Assembly: GCA_043228905.1 (NCBI GenBank)
Contig: JBHGNT010000017.1
Span: forward strand, 1,922,001 to 1,986,000
Length of the DNA stretch: 64,000 nt
Direction of reading: 5' to 3'
DNA from: Azolla caroliniana
Lineage: Eukaryota; Plantae; Polypodiophyta
Below the pieces are notes generated by a model. That model was not told the DNA's origin. It saw only the letters and a program-made list of their open reading frames with translations, and made no database searches. Shown here one piece after another: positions 47,615 through 57,100 of the stretch. Position 1 is the stretch's first letter. Every line of letters begins with the position of its first letter. A program made the translations under genes and the position numbers.

Positions 47615-50600
47615 TTACGGGTTGTCGTGTCTTTCTTCGCCTCTGCTACGGGTTCCCCGTCGTCTTTTTCTTCCATCCGTTACCGTTCCCGGTATAGTGC
47701 CGGTGGGCTGCATAAACGGGTTATTTGGCATCGGTCCTTTATAGGGCTTTAGTCTAAATCCGTTGACCCACTTGCCTAGCACTTCACCGGCAAGTGTCCC
47801 TAACTGATAGGACCCGTTGTATTCCCGTGTCAGCCAATACGGGCCTGTCCATCTAAACCGGAGTTTACCCGGCATCTTGCCCATCCTCGTTTGGAATACT
47901 AGCACCGGCTTTCCGATTTCGAACATCTTTTCATTACCTTTCCGGTGACGGTCAACGAACGCTTTCCGTCGTCGTTGCTCCAGTTCCATGTGTAGGATGC
48001 TGGCCAGCCGTTGCTCCTCCAGTTTGCATAGTGCTGCTAGCCGCATTTCCTCCGACTCCTTTTCATTCAGCCGTTCCCGTAGTTGGATCCGTAAGCTTGG
48101 TACCTGAAATTCCACCGGCATGACCGCCTCTAAGCCGAACGCTAACCGGAACGGCGTTGTCCGGATACTTGTTTTGTATGCCGTTCGGTACGCCCATAGC
48201 GCGCTATGGAGCTTTGTATCCCAGTCCGTCCGGTTTTCATTGACGATTTTGCGGAGAATGTTCTGGAGCGTTTTGTTGGTTGACTCTGCTAACCCGTTTG
48301 CTTGTGGGTAGTACGGTGTGCTCCGTTTATGGACCACGGCATAGAACGTTGTTAAGCTTTCAACTACCTGGCCGAGGAAGTGCCCTCCTTGGTCGCTGAT
48401 TAATTCAATCGGACATCCATATCGGCACCAAATGTTTTCGTACAGGAATTTTGCTGTGGATGACGCGGTGTTGTCTTTCAAGGCCTTAGCCTCCACCCCT
48501 TTAGTGCAATAATCTGTTGCCACGATGACATAACGATTACCCGTTCTCATTGCCGGTGGCTTGAACAGTCCGACAAAATCCAACCCCCACTTCTGGAATG
48601 GCTCTAGTGGTAGTACCGGTTGGTGTGGCATCCGTGCTTGCTCCGTAGGCTGGCCCATTCGTTGGCATAGGTCACATTCCTTAGCATACTTGACGGCGTC
48701 TTTTAACGTCGTGGGCCACCATAAGCCGCTCTGCCATACTTTCCTTGTCGTCGCTTCCCCGGCATAGTGTCCTCCGGCAACCCCACAGTGTGCTTCCCGT
48801 AAGATTACTTGTTTCTCGTCACTACGGACTGCCCGTCTCCATATTCCATCTGCTCCCTTGTGGTAGAGAGTGTCCCGTAACAGACAGAAATTGCGGCTCT
48901 GCACCGCCAGTCGTTTCCTCTCGTCCCGGTTCATTTCCTCCGGTGGCAGGCCCGTGCTTAGGAACTGGTGCATGTTTGTCAGCCACCTATCTTCTGATGC
49001 CACCGTGTCGTCCGCTGCCGTTTCCGGGGTGATACGGTATAACTCTGCGTCCGGGAATTCATCCGATACTCCGTCGCCTGATTCTCCGGACTCTAACCGG
49101 CTCAGGTAGTCTGCTACGGCATGCTGGATACCGGGCCGGTGGAAGATCTCGAATTCGAACTCCTGCAACAGCAAGGTCCAACGGGCCAACTTACCGGTCA
49201 GGGACGCCTTGGACACTAAGTACAGGAGCGCCGAGTGATCCACATGAAAGGAGAACTTCCTTCCCAATAGGTAATGACGAAACTTTGTTACACTGTAGAT
49301 CATGCCCAGGGCCTCCCGTTCCGTCGTCGAATAGTTCTTCTCCGCTTGGGACAGCTTCCGGCTGGCGTAATATACCGGCCGGTACCATTTAGGCTCCGTA
49401 AGTTGCATTAAGGCGCTGCCGATAGCGATGTCGGAAGCGTCAACGAACACATGAAATTCCTTGCTCCAATCCGGAGGCTGCACGACGGGTGCTTGCGACA
49501 AAAGTACCTTCAGGGCATTGTATGCCTTATCCTCCGTATCCGTCCATTGGAACGGTGTCCGATGTACCGCGGTGTGTAATGGTGTAGCCAAGTCAGCCAA
49601 GTGACGGAGCATCCGGCTGTGCCACCGGATCTGTCCTAAGAATCGGCTTAGTGCTTTGGCCGTTTTCGGCGCCGGTGCCCCTAGTATCGCGTTTACTTTG
49701 TCCGGGTCGACCGCAATGCCTTCCTTACTTACAATGTGTCCCAGTAATATTCCACTTGAAACCCCAAAGATGCATTTTGCTGGGTTTAAGCTTAGCCGGT
49801 ATAACCTACACTTTTCAAGGCATAACCGTAGGTGCTGCAAATGGTCTTTTTCCCGGCTATAGACTGCAAAGTCATCCAGGAAAACCTGCATGAAGGCTGG
49901 AATGTATTCGCCGAAGATCTCCATGATGATTCGCTGGAAAGTTGCTGGTGCCGTTTTTAGTCCGAACATCATTACTTCGGCCACAAACACCCCCCATTCG
50001 GTGACGAACGTTGTCTTCTCCTGGTCGTCAGGGTGCATCCGGATTTGATTGTATCCGCTGAACCCGTCTAAAAAGCTATAAACTTCATGGCCGGCGACGA
50101 CATCCAGTACTCCATCCGTGAACGGAAGAGGGAATGCATCCGTAATTGTGGCTGCATTTAGTTTCTTGTAATCTACACACACGCGGATTTTACCGTTCTT
50201 CTTTGGGACGACGACGATGGGGCTCAGCCACGTCGCTTTCTTTACCGGCCGGATGAAGCCCACTCTTAGGAGTTTGTCGATTTCCTCCTTCACTTTGGCG
50301 GCGTAGTTGGGGTTCATTCGGTAACGTCTTTGCGCCACTGGTTTCGCGTCCTTGCCTAAGTGGATCTGATGCTGATATAATTGAGGGTCCAGCCCTCGCA
50401 TGTCTTCGTATGACCAGGCGAATACGTCGCGAAACTCCGTGAGAAGTTTGATCATCGCCGCTTTATCTTCCGGCTTCATTTCTTTGGCGATGTGTACCGG
50501 CTTTGATTCGTCCTTGCTTCCTAGGTTCACTTCGTCGAGCTGGGATGTTTTTACCCGTTGGGAAACGGCCATTTCCCGTTCCAACGCTTCCTGTGCTTGC

Positions 50601-50728
50601 CGTAATTCCCGAATCGAATCTTTGTCTGGTTCGGCTTCGGTTTCGTCCCGCTGCGGCAAGTATGGCGCTACGGCTTCAGCTACGTCAATCTCGAAGAGTG
50701 GTACGATCTTCGGGTGTTCCTCCAAGTA
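47615..50728 (-). CDS. pol: Pol (RT-RNase H-integrase)
   Basis: LDGFSGYNQ, FLDD, DAS, WGLDF, YYPQANG, GPY; in frame with gag after a single TAG. Confidence 0.93.
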   Translation of the reverse strand, partial: YLEEHPKIVPLFEIDVAEAVAPYLPQRDETEAEPDKDSIRELRQAQEALEREMAVSQRVKTSQLDEVNLGSKDESKPVHIAKEMKPEDKAAMIKLLTEFRDVFAWSYEDMRGLDPQLYQHQIHLGKDAKPVAQRRYRMNPNYAAKVKEEIDKLLRVGFIRPVKKATWLSPIVVVPKKNGKIRVCVDYKKLNAATITDAFPLPFTDGVLDVVAGHEVYSFLDGFSGYNQIRMHPDDQEKTTFVTEWGVFVAEVMMFGLKTAPATFQRIIMEIFGEYIPAFMQVFLDDFAVYSREKDHLQHLRLCLEKCRLYRLSLNPAKCIFGVSSGILLGHIVSKEGIAVDPDKVNAILGAPAPKTAKALSRFLGQIRWHSRMLRHLADLATPLHTAVHRTPFQWTDTEDKAYNALKVLLSQAPVVQPPDWSKEFHVFVDASDIAIGSALMQLTEPKWYRPVYYASRKLSQAEKNYSTTEREALGMIYSVTKFRHYLLGRKFSFHVDHSALLYLVSKASLTGKLARWTLLLQEFEFEIFHRPGIQHAVADYLSRLESGESGDGVSDEFPDAELYRITPETAADDTVASEDRWLTNMHQFLSTGLPPEEMNRDERKRLAVQSRNFCLLRDTLYHKGADGIWRRAVRSDEKQVILREAHCGVAGGHYAGEATTRKVWQSGLWWPTTLKDAVKYAKECDLCQRMGQPTEQARMPHQPVLPLEPFQKWGLDFVGLFKPPAMRTGNRYVIVATDYCTKGVEAKALKDNTASSTAKFLYENIWCRYGCPIELISDQGGHFLGQVVESLTTFYAVVHKRSTPYYPQANGLAESTNKTLQNILRKIVNENRTDWDTKLHSALWAYRTAYKTSIRTTPFRLAFGLEAVMPVEFQVPSLRIQLRERLNEKESEEMRLAALCKLEEQRLASILHMELEQRRRKAFVDRHRKGNEKMFEIGKPVLVFQTRMGKMPGKLRFRWTGPYWLTREYNGSYQLGTLAGEVLGKWVNGFRLKPYKGPMPNNPFMQPTGTIPGTVTDGRKRRRGTRSRGEERHDNP

Positions 50729-53446
50729 CTAGGCTTCTTCGTCGTCTGCCAACCCTTCAAGCATGTTCACGCATTCCGCATACAGCGGTGTGCATTCCTT
50801 ACCGTTGCTCGTCCGTGGTTGTGTCGGTACCCGGACCTTGGCTTTTCCGCGCCGGAAGGTAATCATATTTTTCCGCCAATTTTGCTTGATGTGTGATGTT
50901 TTCAACCATGGTCTGCCCAGCAACAGTGGGTACGCGCCTTGCGCCTGTAGCTGCAGCACTACAGCCGAGATGTGAAATGTGTGACCTCCTATGGTGACCT
51001 CCAATTTCCGTATTAAGCCCGTCGGCCGTACAGAGCTCGTATCCGCCATCCGTAGCCAGAACGGACATGGCTCCCATTCATGTATACCCAAGGCATCACA
51101 CGTGCGGAGGCTTATTACGTTCACCCCGGAACCTCCATCGATTACTGTGCCGGGAAGTTCGTGCCCTTTGACAATAGCTGTAATCACCGGACTACTAGTG
51201 TCCACCACCGTCGGTCCCTCCTCCGGATTCGAGAAGAGGACTGGTGCCGGTGGGGCTATACCGTCTGTCATGACCGTTTTTAGTCCTTCCGTAAATCGCG
51301 GCACGAGCTGCAAGAGTCTTCCTAATGGCAACGTGATCTGACATTCTTGAAGTGCTTGCCATGTCTCGTTTTCTGCGTGGCTACCGCCGGCACTCCCTAT
51401 GGTATTCGCCTTTTGCTGTTCCGCGTCTGCGACGTTCCTTTCATTGGCTTCCTTCACCCATTCCGTCGCCTGTTTTCGTATGGCCTCTTGTGTTTCCCAC
51501 TCTTTGGCCATGCCTTTCGACCGTGTGGTTACTTGCTGTACATCCGCCACTTCCGGAACCACCATATTAACTGTTGGTCGTTTATCGTAGCTCTTTGCCG
51601 GGCACTGGTTACTGTAGTGGCCTTCCTGCCTGCAGTAGTAGCAGTACTCTTTACGGGTATTGCTGGATTCAGCATTGCTGGTAGCCGGAGTCGGTCCCGT
51701 AGTGAGTGGTGCGTTCTGTGCCGGTTGGCTCCTTGGGGTTCCATGTTCCGGGTCCCTAGGGTGACCACCTTTCTTGAAATTACGTTTCTTATTATTCCTA
51801 TTTTTATTTCGGTAGTCCTGTCGTGGTGGATCGTAAAATCGGCCGTAGTCCTCCTGGTGCCTTCGGTAACCAGGGGAATGGTTTCTGTCGTATTGCTCGT
51901 GTCGTCTGTTGGACTCCCGATAACGGTCCGATCGCTCATACCGGTCGTAGTTATCATGCCGATCCCTGTATCGGCCATCATTCTCTTGTCTGTCTCCGTA
52001 CCGGACATCCTGTGCCTGTCGGTACCGGTTCATTCTTTGCCAACGATCTTCATCTTCGTCTCGGCTGCTTCTTGGCTCGATCCGTCGGACGGGTGGTGCT
52101 TGTCGGTTTAACAGGTTATACTCGCACCGGTCCGTTGTATGACTCTTGGATTGACAAATCACACACTGGGTTCGCATGGTGCACTCCACTGCCGAGTGTC
52201 CGGCATTCAAGCAGATTGTGCATTGAATTGCCTGCCGGAACCGGAGATCTTCATCTGTGGGTAACGCCCGTTGCAGTGCTCCCAGTGTAAGCCATGAGCT
52301 TGACTTTTCCATTTCTCTGACCCGGTCAATGACCTGGTCAATGGTGCTTCCTCGAAAGTCGATCACCGTACACACCGTGCGTAACGGTTCCCAGAGTGCG
52401 TTTAAAAATATCGTCCGTAATTCCTCCTCCGGGGGTGCACGGGCAAGCTGGCTATGCATTCGTTGGAAACGGATGACGAATTGGGGAATGCTTTCCCCTG
52501 CCTCCTGTCGGATCGTATAAAACAGGCCCACCATTGTCGTCTGGTCGACCTCATTGTGGAAAAAATGCAAGAATTTTGCTTTTAATTCTGCAAAGGTTGT
52601 GATGGTCGCCGGGTCCTGCGTCCGCCGCCATCGTGCCGCGGGTCCTTCCAACGTGACCCCGAATTCCGCTATCTTCGAGCGTTCTTCTTCCTCCGGTGTC
52701 AGTCGCTGGGACGCGTGATTTGCTTCCCATGTCTGCTCGAAGGCATGAACATGCGCTTCCGCGTCCGGATCATCGCGATACTTTGAGTATTGGAACGGCA
52801 TGTCGTCGTCCAGTATTAGGCCGCGGTTTAGTGGCGTTTGTTGATATCTTTCCGGTTTTCTCTCCGGTTCCACTTCCGGTTCTTTTGCCGGTGCTTTTTC
52901 CGGTTCCTCTTCCGGTTCTTTTTCCGGTTCCTTCACCGGCTCTTCTTCCGGTACCTTCGCCGGCTCTTTCGTTGGTGTCGGTGGCTTTGCTTCTTCCACT
53001 TCCGGTGTTGGTGGGTTGACGGCTTCCGTTTGCGGTTCCGGATAGCCCTGGTCGAACGGTTCCAGTTCTGGAGTCAGCACGGTATCCGACCCGTCGTCCT
53101 CCGGGCCGCCGGGGGTATCGTTGCTGCTCCGGTAGTTCGTGTGCACACTGTATCCCCCTTCGGAATCCGATTCGTAGGCTGAAAAGGCTTCTGCCTCGTT
53201 TTCTCCGCTTGCCAGCGCCTCGAGGAGGCGTTCGGTTTCCCGGAGACTACTTAGACCGCTTCCGTCGTCCTGGTCGCGAGTTTGCTGTAACCGAAGAGAT
53301 TCCTCCGCGACTCTCCGGATCTCGTTGGAGAACGAACGATCCGAGCGAATTTCGTGCGCTGCTTGCTGGAAAGTCTCACACCGTCTTTGCTGTTCGGCGA
53401 GGCGTCGAGCTCGGTCTGTAACCAGGTCGTGCGTTGGTCTCGTCAT
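50729..53446 (-). CDS. gag: Gag-protease
   Basis: Retrotrans_gag-like core (IRQEAGESI), three CX2CX4HX4C knuckles, protease VIDGGS, PEKE-type repeats. Confidence 0.9.
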   Translation of the reverse strand: MTRPTHDLVTDRARRLAEQQRRCETFQQAAHEIRSDRSFSNEIRRVAEESLRLQQTRDQDDGSGLSSLRETERLLEALASGENEAEAFSAYESDSEGGYSVHTNYRSSNDTPGGPEDDGSDTVLTPELEPFDQGYPEPQTEAVNPPTPEVEEAKPPTPTKEPAKVPEEEPVKEPEKEPEEEPEKAPAKEPEVEPERKPERYQQTPLNRGLILDDDMPFQYSKYRDDPDAEAHVHAFEQTWEANHASQRLTPEEEERSKIAEFGVTLEGPAARWRRTQDPATITTFAELKAKFLHFFHNEVDQTTMVGLFYTIRQEAGESIPQFVIRFQRMHSQLARAPPEEELRTIFLNALWEPLRTVCTVIDFRGSTIDQVIDRVREMEKSSSWLTLGALQRALPTDEDLRFRQAIQCTICLNAGHSAVECTMRTQCVICQSKSHTTDRCEYNLLNRQAPPVRRIEPRSSRDEDEDRWQRMNRYRQAQDVRYGDRQENDGRYRDRHDNYDRYERSDRYRESNRRHEQYDRNHSPGYRRHQEDYGRFYDPPRQDYRNKNRNNKKRNFKKGGHPRDPEHGTPRSQPAQNAPLTTGPTPATSNAESSNTRKEYCYYCRQEGHYSNQCPAKSYDKRPTVNMVVPEVADVQQVTTRSKGMAKEWETQEAIRKQATEWVKEANERNVADAEQQKANTIGSAGGSHAENETWQALQECQITLPLGRLLQLVPRFTEGLKTVMTDGIAPPAPVLFSNPEEGPTVVDTSSPVITAIVKGHELPGTVIDGGSGVNVISLRTCDALGIHEWEPCPFWLRMADTSSVRPTGLIRKLEVTIGGHTFHISAVVLQLQAQGAYPLLLGRPWLKTSHIKQNWRKNMITFRRGKAKVRVPTQPRTSNGKECTPLYAECVNMLEGLADDEEA

Positions 53447-54161
53447 CCATTAAGCCGTCGTTCGCTGCGAGAAAGCAGGAATCGTGGTCGCCAAAACTGT
53501 GTTGTTCTCTGACCGGACAAGGCCTAACACAAGGTGTCGCGGAGACACTTCACCAAAGGGTGGTTACGGCATAGGATTATGACTCAACGATTACACCGAC
53601 TTACGTAGGTTACACGATTAGAGCGCTTTTGTTAATTACACGCGTAAGATATAACAGTAATTACAGAACGGAAATCAACACAGAAGTATAAACACCATAC
53701 GCTCTATTAATTATCCGCTGCGATTACAATGGGCTCCGGGCCTTTAAATAGGTTTCCGGTCCATAGTACAAAACGGTGCCTATCGCACCTATTCGGGATC
53801 CGTCCGGATCTGGAACGGCATACCGTTTCCAGTCCGTCTGTCCATACTATGCTTATTTACAACCATACTTAATTAATTCCTTCACTCCGTATTTTGGACT
53901 TCTTGCCGGCCGGTAACAGCTTCTTGCGAATGGTCTAGACATTAATAACCTACCTCTCCTTAGGTACAACCACACGAGTGATAACACTTTAATCTCTCAT
54001 GAGGACCGCAATAAAGTAATACGCCAAGAAATATGGCAAATTTACACTTGGTGTAAATGGATCACCCCACTAGAGCCACTCCCATCTAAAATGTTGTACT
54101 ATAAGAAACACTTCATGCACTTCTCTGAGTTAGGTTTTATCACGCGGCCAAAATATCTAGA

Positions 54162-57100
54162 TGTTGGGATTACGGTCCCTTCGGATGGGATGGTCGGATG
54201 TCGGAGATGAATGCCGACGAGCCCGGTTTCGGTTTCGGAACCGGATGATGAAGAGTACCCGGCATGAAGCCGGATGAAGAGTACCCCGGCTACGGAGCCG
54301 GATGCTGAAGACCCCGGCTACGGAGCCGGATGACGAATGTACCCGGAGAGAGATCCGGATGCGGGGACATATTTGTGAATATGTTTGCCAAGGGCCCTTG
54401 AGGCTATATTTGTAATATCCCGAAAGTCATATGTGTATAAATATGACTTAGGGCAAATAGTTTGTTGTTGCTACTCATTTTTCTGTTTTTCCACTCAAGA
54501 GGAGTGAAGAGAGAGCAGCCGTGAGAGAGATAGAGCGTGAGAGAGGAAGAGGTCGACGCCTCTGTGTATTTCCGCCGCCTGTGGCGAGGACAGCGAGCTC
54601 AAGGTCGTCGCCTTGCAGCTCGCCATTGTATACTTCTCTGTGCATAGTTTTGGTTCGGAGTCTTGTACTCCCGTGGTTTTTCCCCGTACAGGGTTTTCCA
54701 CGTTAAATCGTGTGTCCACTGCATTTCCCATTTTCTGCAACAACGATTCGTGTGTTTTCTTTGGTTGTGGCCGAAGACGGTGAAGTTTGGAAAGTTTCGA
54801 TTATTTCCATCAATTTGGTATCAGTGCGAGCTGCTGCAGAAAATGGAAGGCGGCGGCAGCGGGCAGCCGGGGATGATGGTGCTGAATGCTCAGAATTACG
54901 CCGACTGGAAGATCAAGATGGAGGATCTTCTGATTGTTCGGGACCTGTACAAACCGATTGACAGGTCGGAAATACCGAAGGGGGTACTTGAGTCGGAATG
55001 GAGGCTTCTGAACCGGAAAGCCGTTGCAACCATTCGGCAATACGTCGACGTGAGCGTTCTACAACATGTGGCGAACGACATCAACGCATATGAGATGTGG
55101 CGGAAGCTGTCGGGCCTCTACGAGAGGAAGAATGCGTTGAACCGAACCTCCCTGATGAGGAAGATAGTGAACCTCAAGTACCGGGACGGCGAGAGTATGG
55201 TGGAACACGTAAGCACGTTCATGGGATTCGTGAACCAGCTTGCGGCGATCAAGTTCCCGCTGGAGGATGCAATGCAAGCCATCATTCTGATGTGTACATT
55301 GCCGGAAAGCTGGGAGAACTTGGTGGTGACTCTCAGCACCTCCTGCACGGAAGATAACTTGTCCCTACAAACGGTAAAGACAAGTATTTTGAACGAAGAA
55401 GCGCGTCGGAGAGATAAAGAACCGGCCTCCGACTCGAAGGCGCTGCTTACCGAATCGGAACGAGGAAGACAATGGAACCGGAGTCCGCAAAGACGGGAGA
55501 AGTCGGGGACCCGGTCGCAGTCAAGAGGAAGACCCACATGCTTCCACTGTGGGAAGCCGGGGCACTTCCGGAAGAATTGTCGGCATTACCGAAAGGACAA
55601 CGGAGCCGACGACACCGATTCGAAGAAGTCACCGGAGAGAAACGGTGCATACCGGGGAGCCACGGACCGGAGAGGTCCGGATCGGCGAGGGCAGGACCGG
55701 AAAGGAACGACGACACTCGCGGCAAGTGAGGAAGAAATCATGCTCATCACCGAAGAAGGTGAACTAAACATTGCCGGCGATGAGACTACCTGGGTGGTCG
55801 ATTCCGGAGCGTCGTTCCACCTGACCCCGGAGAGAAGATACTTCTCATCCTACACAGTCGGTGAGCATGGCTGTGTTCGGATGGGAAATGAAGGTACGTG
55901 CCGGATTGCCGGCATAGGAGACGTGTGGTTGACAACCCCGACCGGATGCAAAATGCTGCTGAAGGATGTCCGACACGTTCCGGAGGTTCGATTGAACCTG
56001 ATTTCGGCCGGGAGGCTAGACGATGAAGGCTACACAGGTAGCATCCGGAACGGCGTAATGAAGTTCAGCAAGGGGAGCCTGATAGTGGCTCGGGCCCGGA
56101 AAGTCAACACACTGTACCTTATGAATGCCTGGTTGTGTCCGGAAGAGTTGAATGTGGCAGCCGACACTGCCGGTGAGCTGTGGCACAAGAGACTGTGCCA
56201 CATGAGTGAGAAGGGGATGAAGAGGCTTGCAGAAGACAACCTTATTCCAGTGAAGCATGTGCACCTGGAGAAGTGCACCGATTGCCTGGCCGGTAAGCAG
56301 AACCGAACCTCCTTCCACTCAAGGCCACCGACGAGACGTAGCGCACCATTGGAGTTGGTGCACACTGATGTGTGTCAGGTAGAAACGAAGTCACATGGCG
56401 GAGCCCAGTACTTCGTAACATTCATAGATGATCATAGCCGAAAACTGTGGACGGCACCGATGAAGGCAAAGGACCAAGTGGTGTCCGTCTTCAAAGAACT
56501 CCACGCGAGAGTGGAAAGAGAATCCGGCAAGAAGCTGAAAGCGATACGAGCGGATAACGGAGGGGAATACCGAGGGCAGTTCGCGGAGTACTGTCGCTCG
56601 AAAGGAATCCGGCTCGAGTTTACTGTGCCGAAGACGCCGGAACTGAACGGGCTGGCCGAGAGGATGAACCGGACCATAATGGAGAGGGTCCGGAGTATGC
56701 TGGCGCATGCGAAATTACCCAAGGGGTTTTGGGCTGAGGCAATGTCGACGGCGACATACGTGATAAACAGATCACCCTCAGTACCTTTGGACGGAGACAC
56801 GCCGCAGAGAGTGTGGACCGGTAGGGAAGTATCCTATCGGCATCTGAAGGTGTTCAGGTGTCTCGCATACGTGCATGTGGCAAAGGACCGGAGAGGAAAG
56901 CTAGATCCAAAGACCCGGCCATGCATATTCCTCGGTTACGGCGACGACGAGTTCGGCTACCGAGTATGGGACCCGGTCGACAAGAAGATATTCCGGAGTC
57001 GTGATATCATCTTCATGGAGAACAAGACACTCGCCGACTGGGAGTCGGAGAAGAAGATGAAGAGCTCCAAGTCGACCGGTGAGGATCAACTCTACGAGGA

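Larger units (their letters stand above)
36888..53918 (-). mobile_element. Full-length non-chromovirus Ty3/Gypsy with an extra 3' ORF
   Basis: 419-bp LTRs 36888-37306 and 53500-53918 (4 differences seen); TSD GCTTC; PBS TGGCGACCAC (tRNA-Arg-like) at 53493-53484. Confidence 0.96.
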
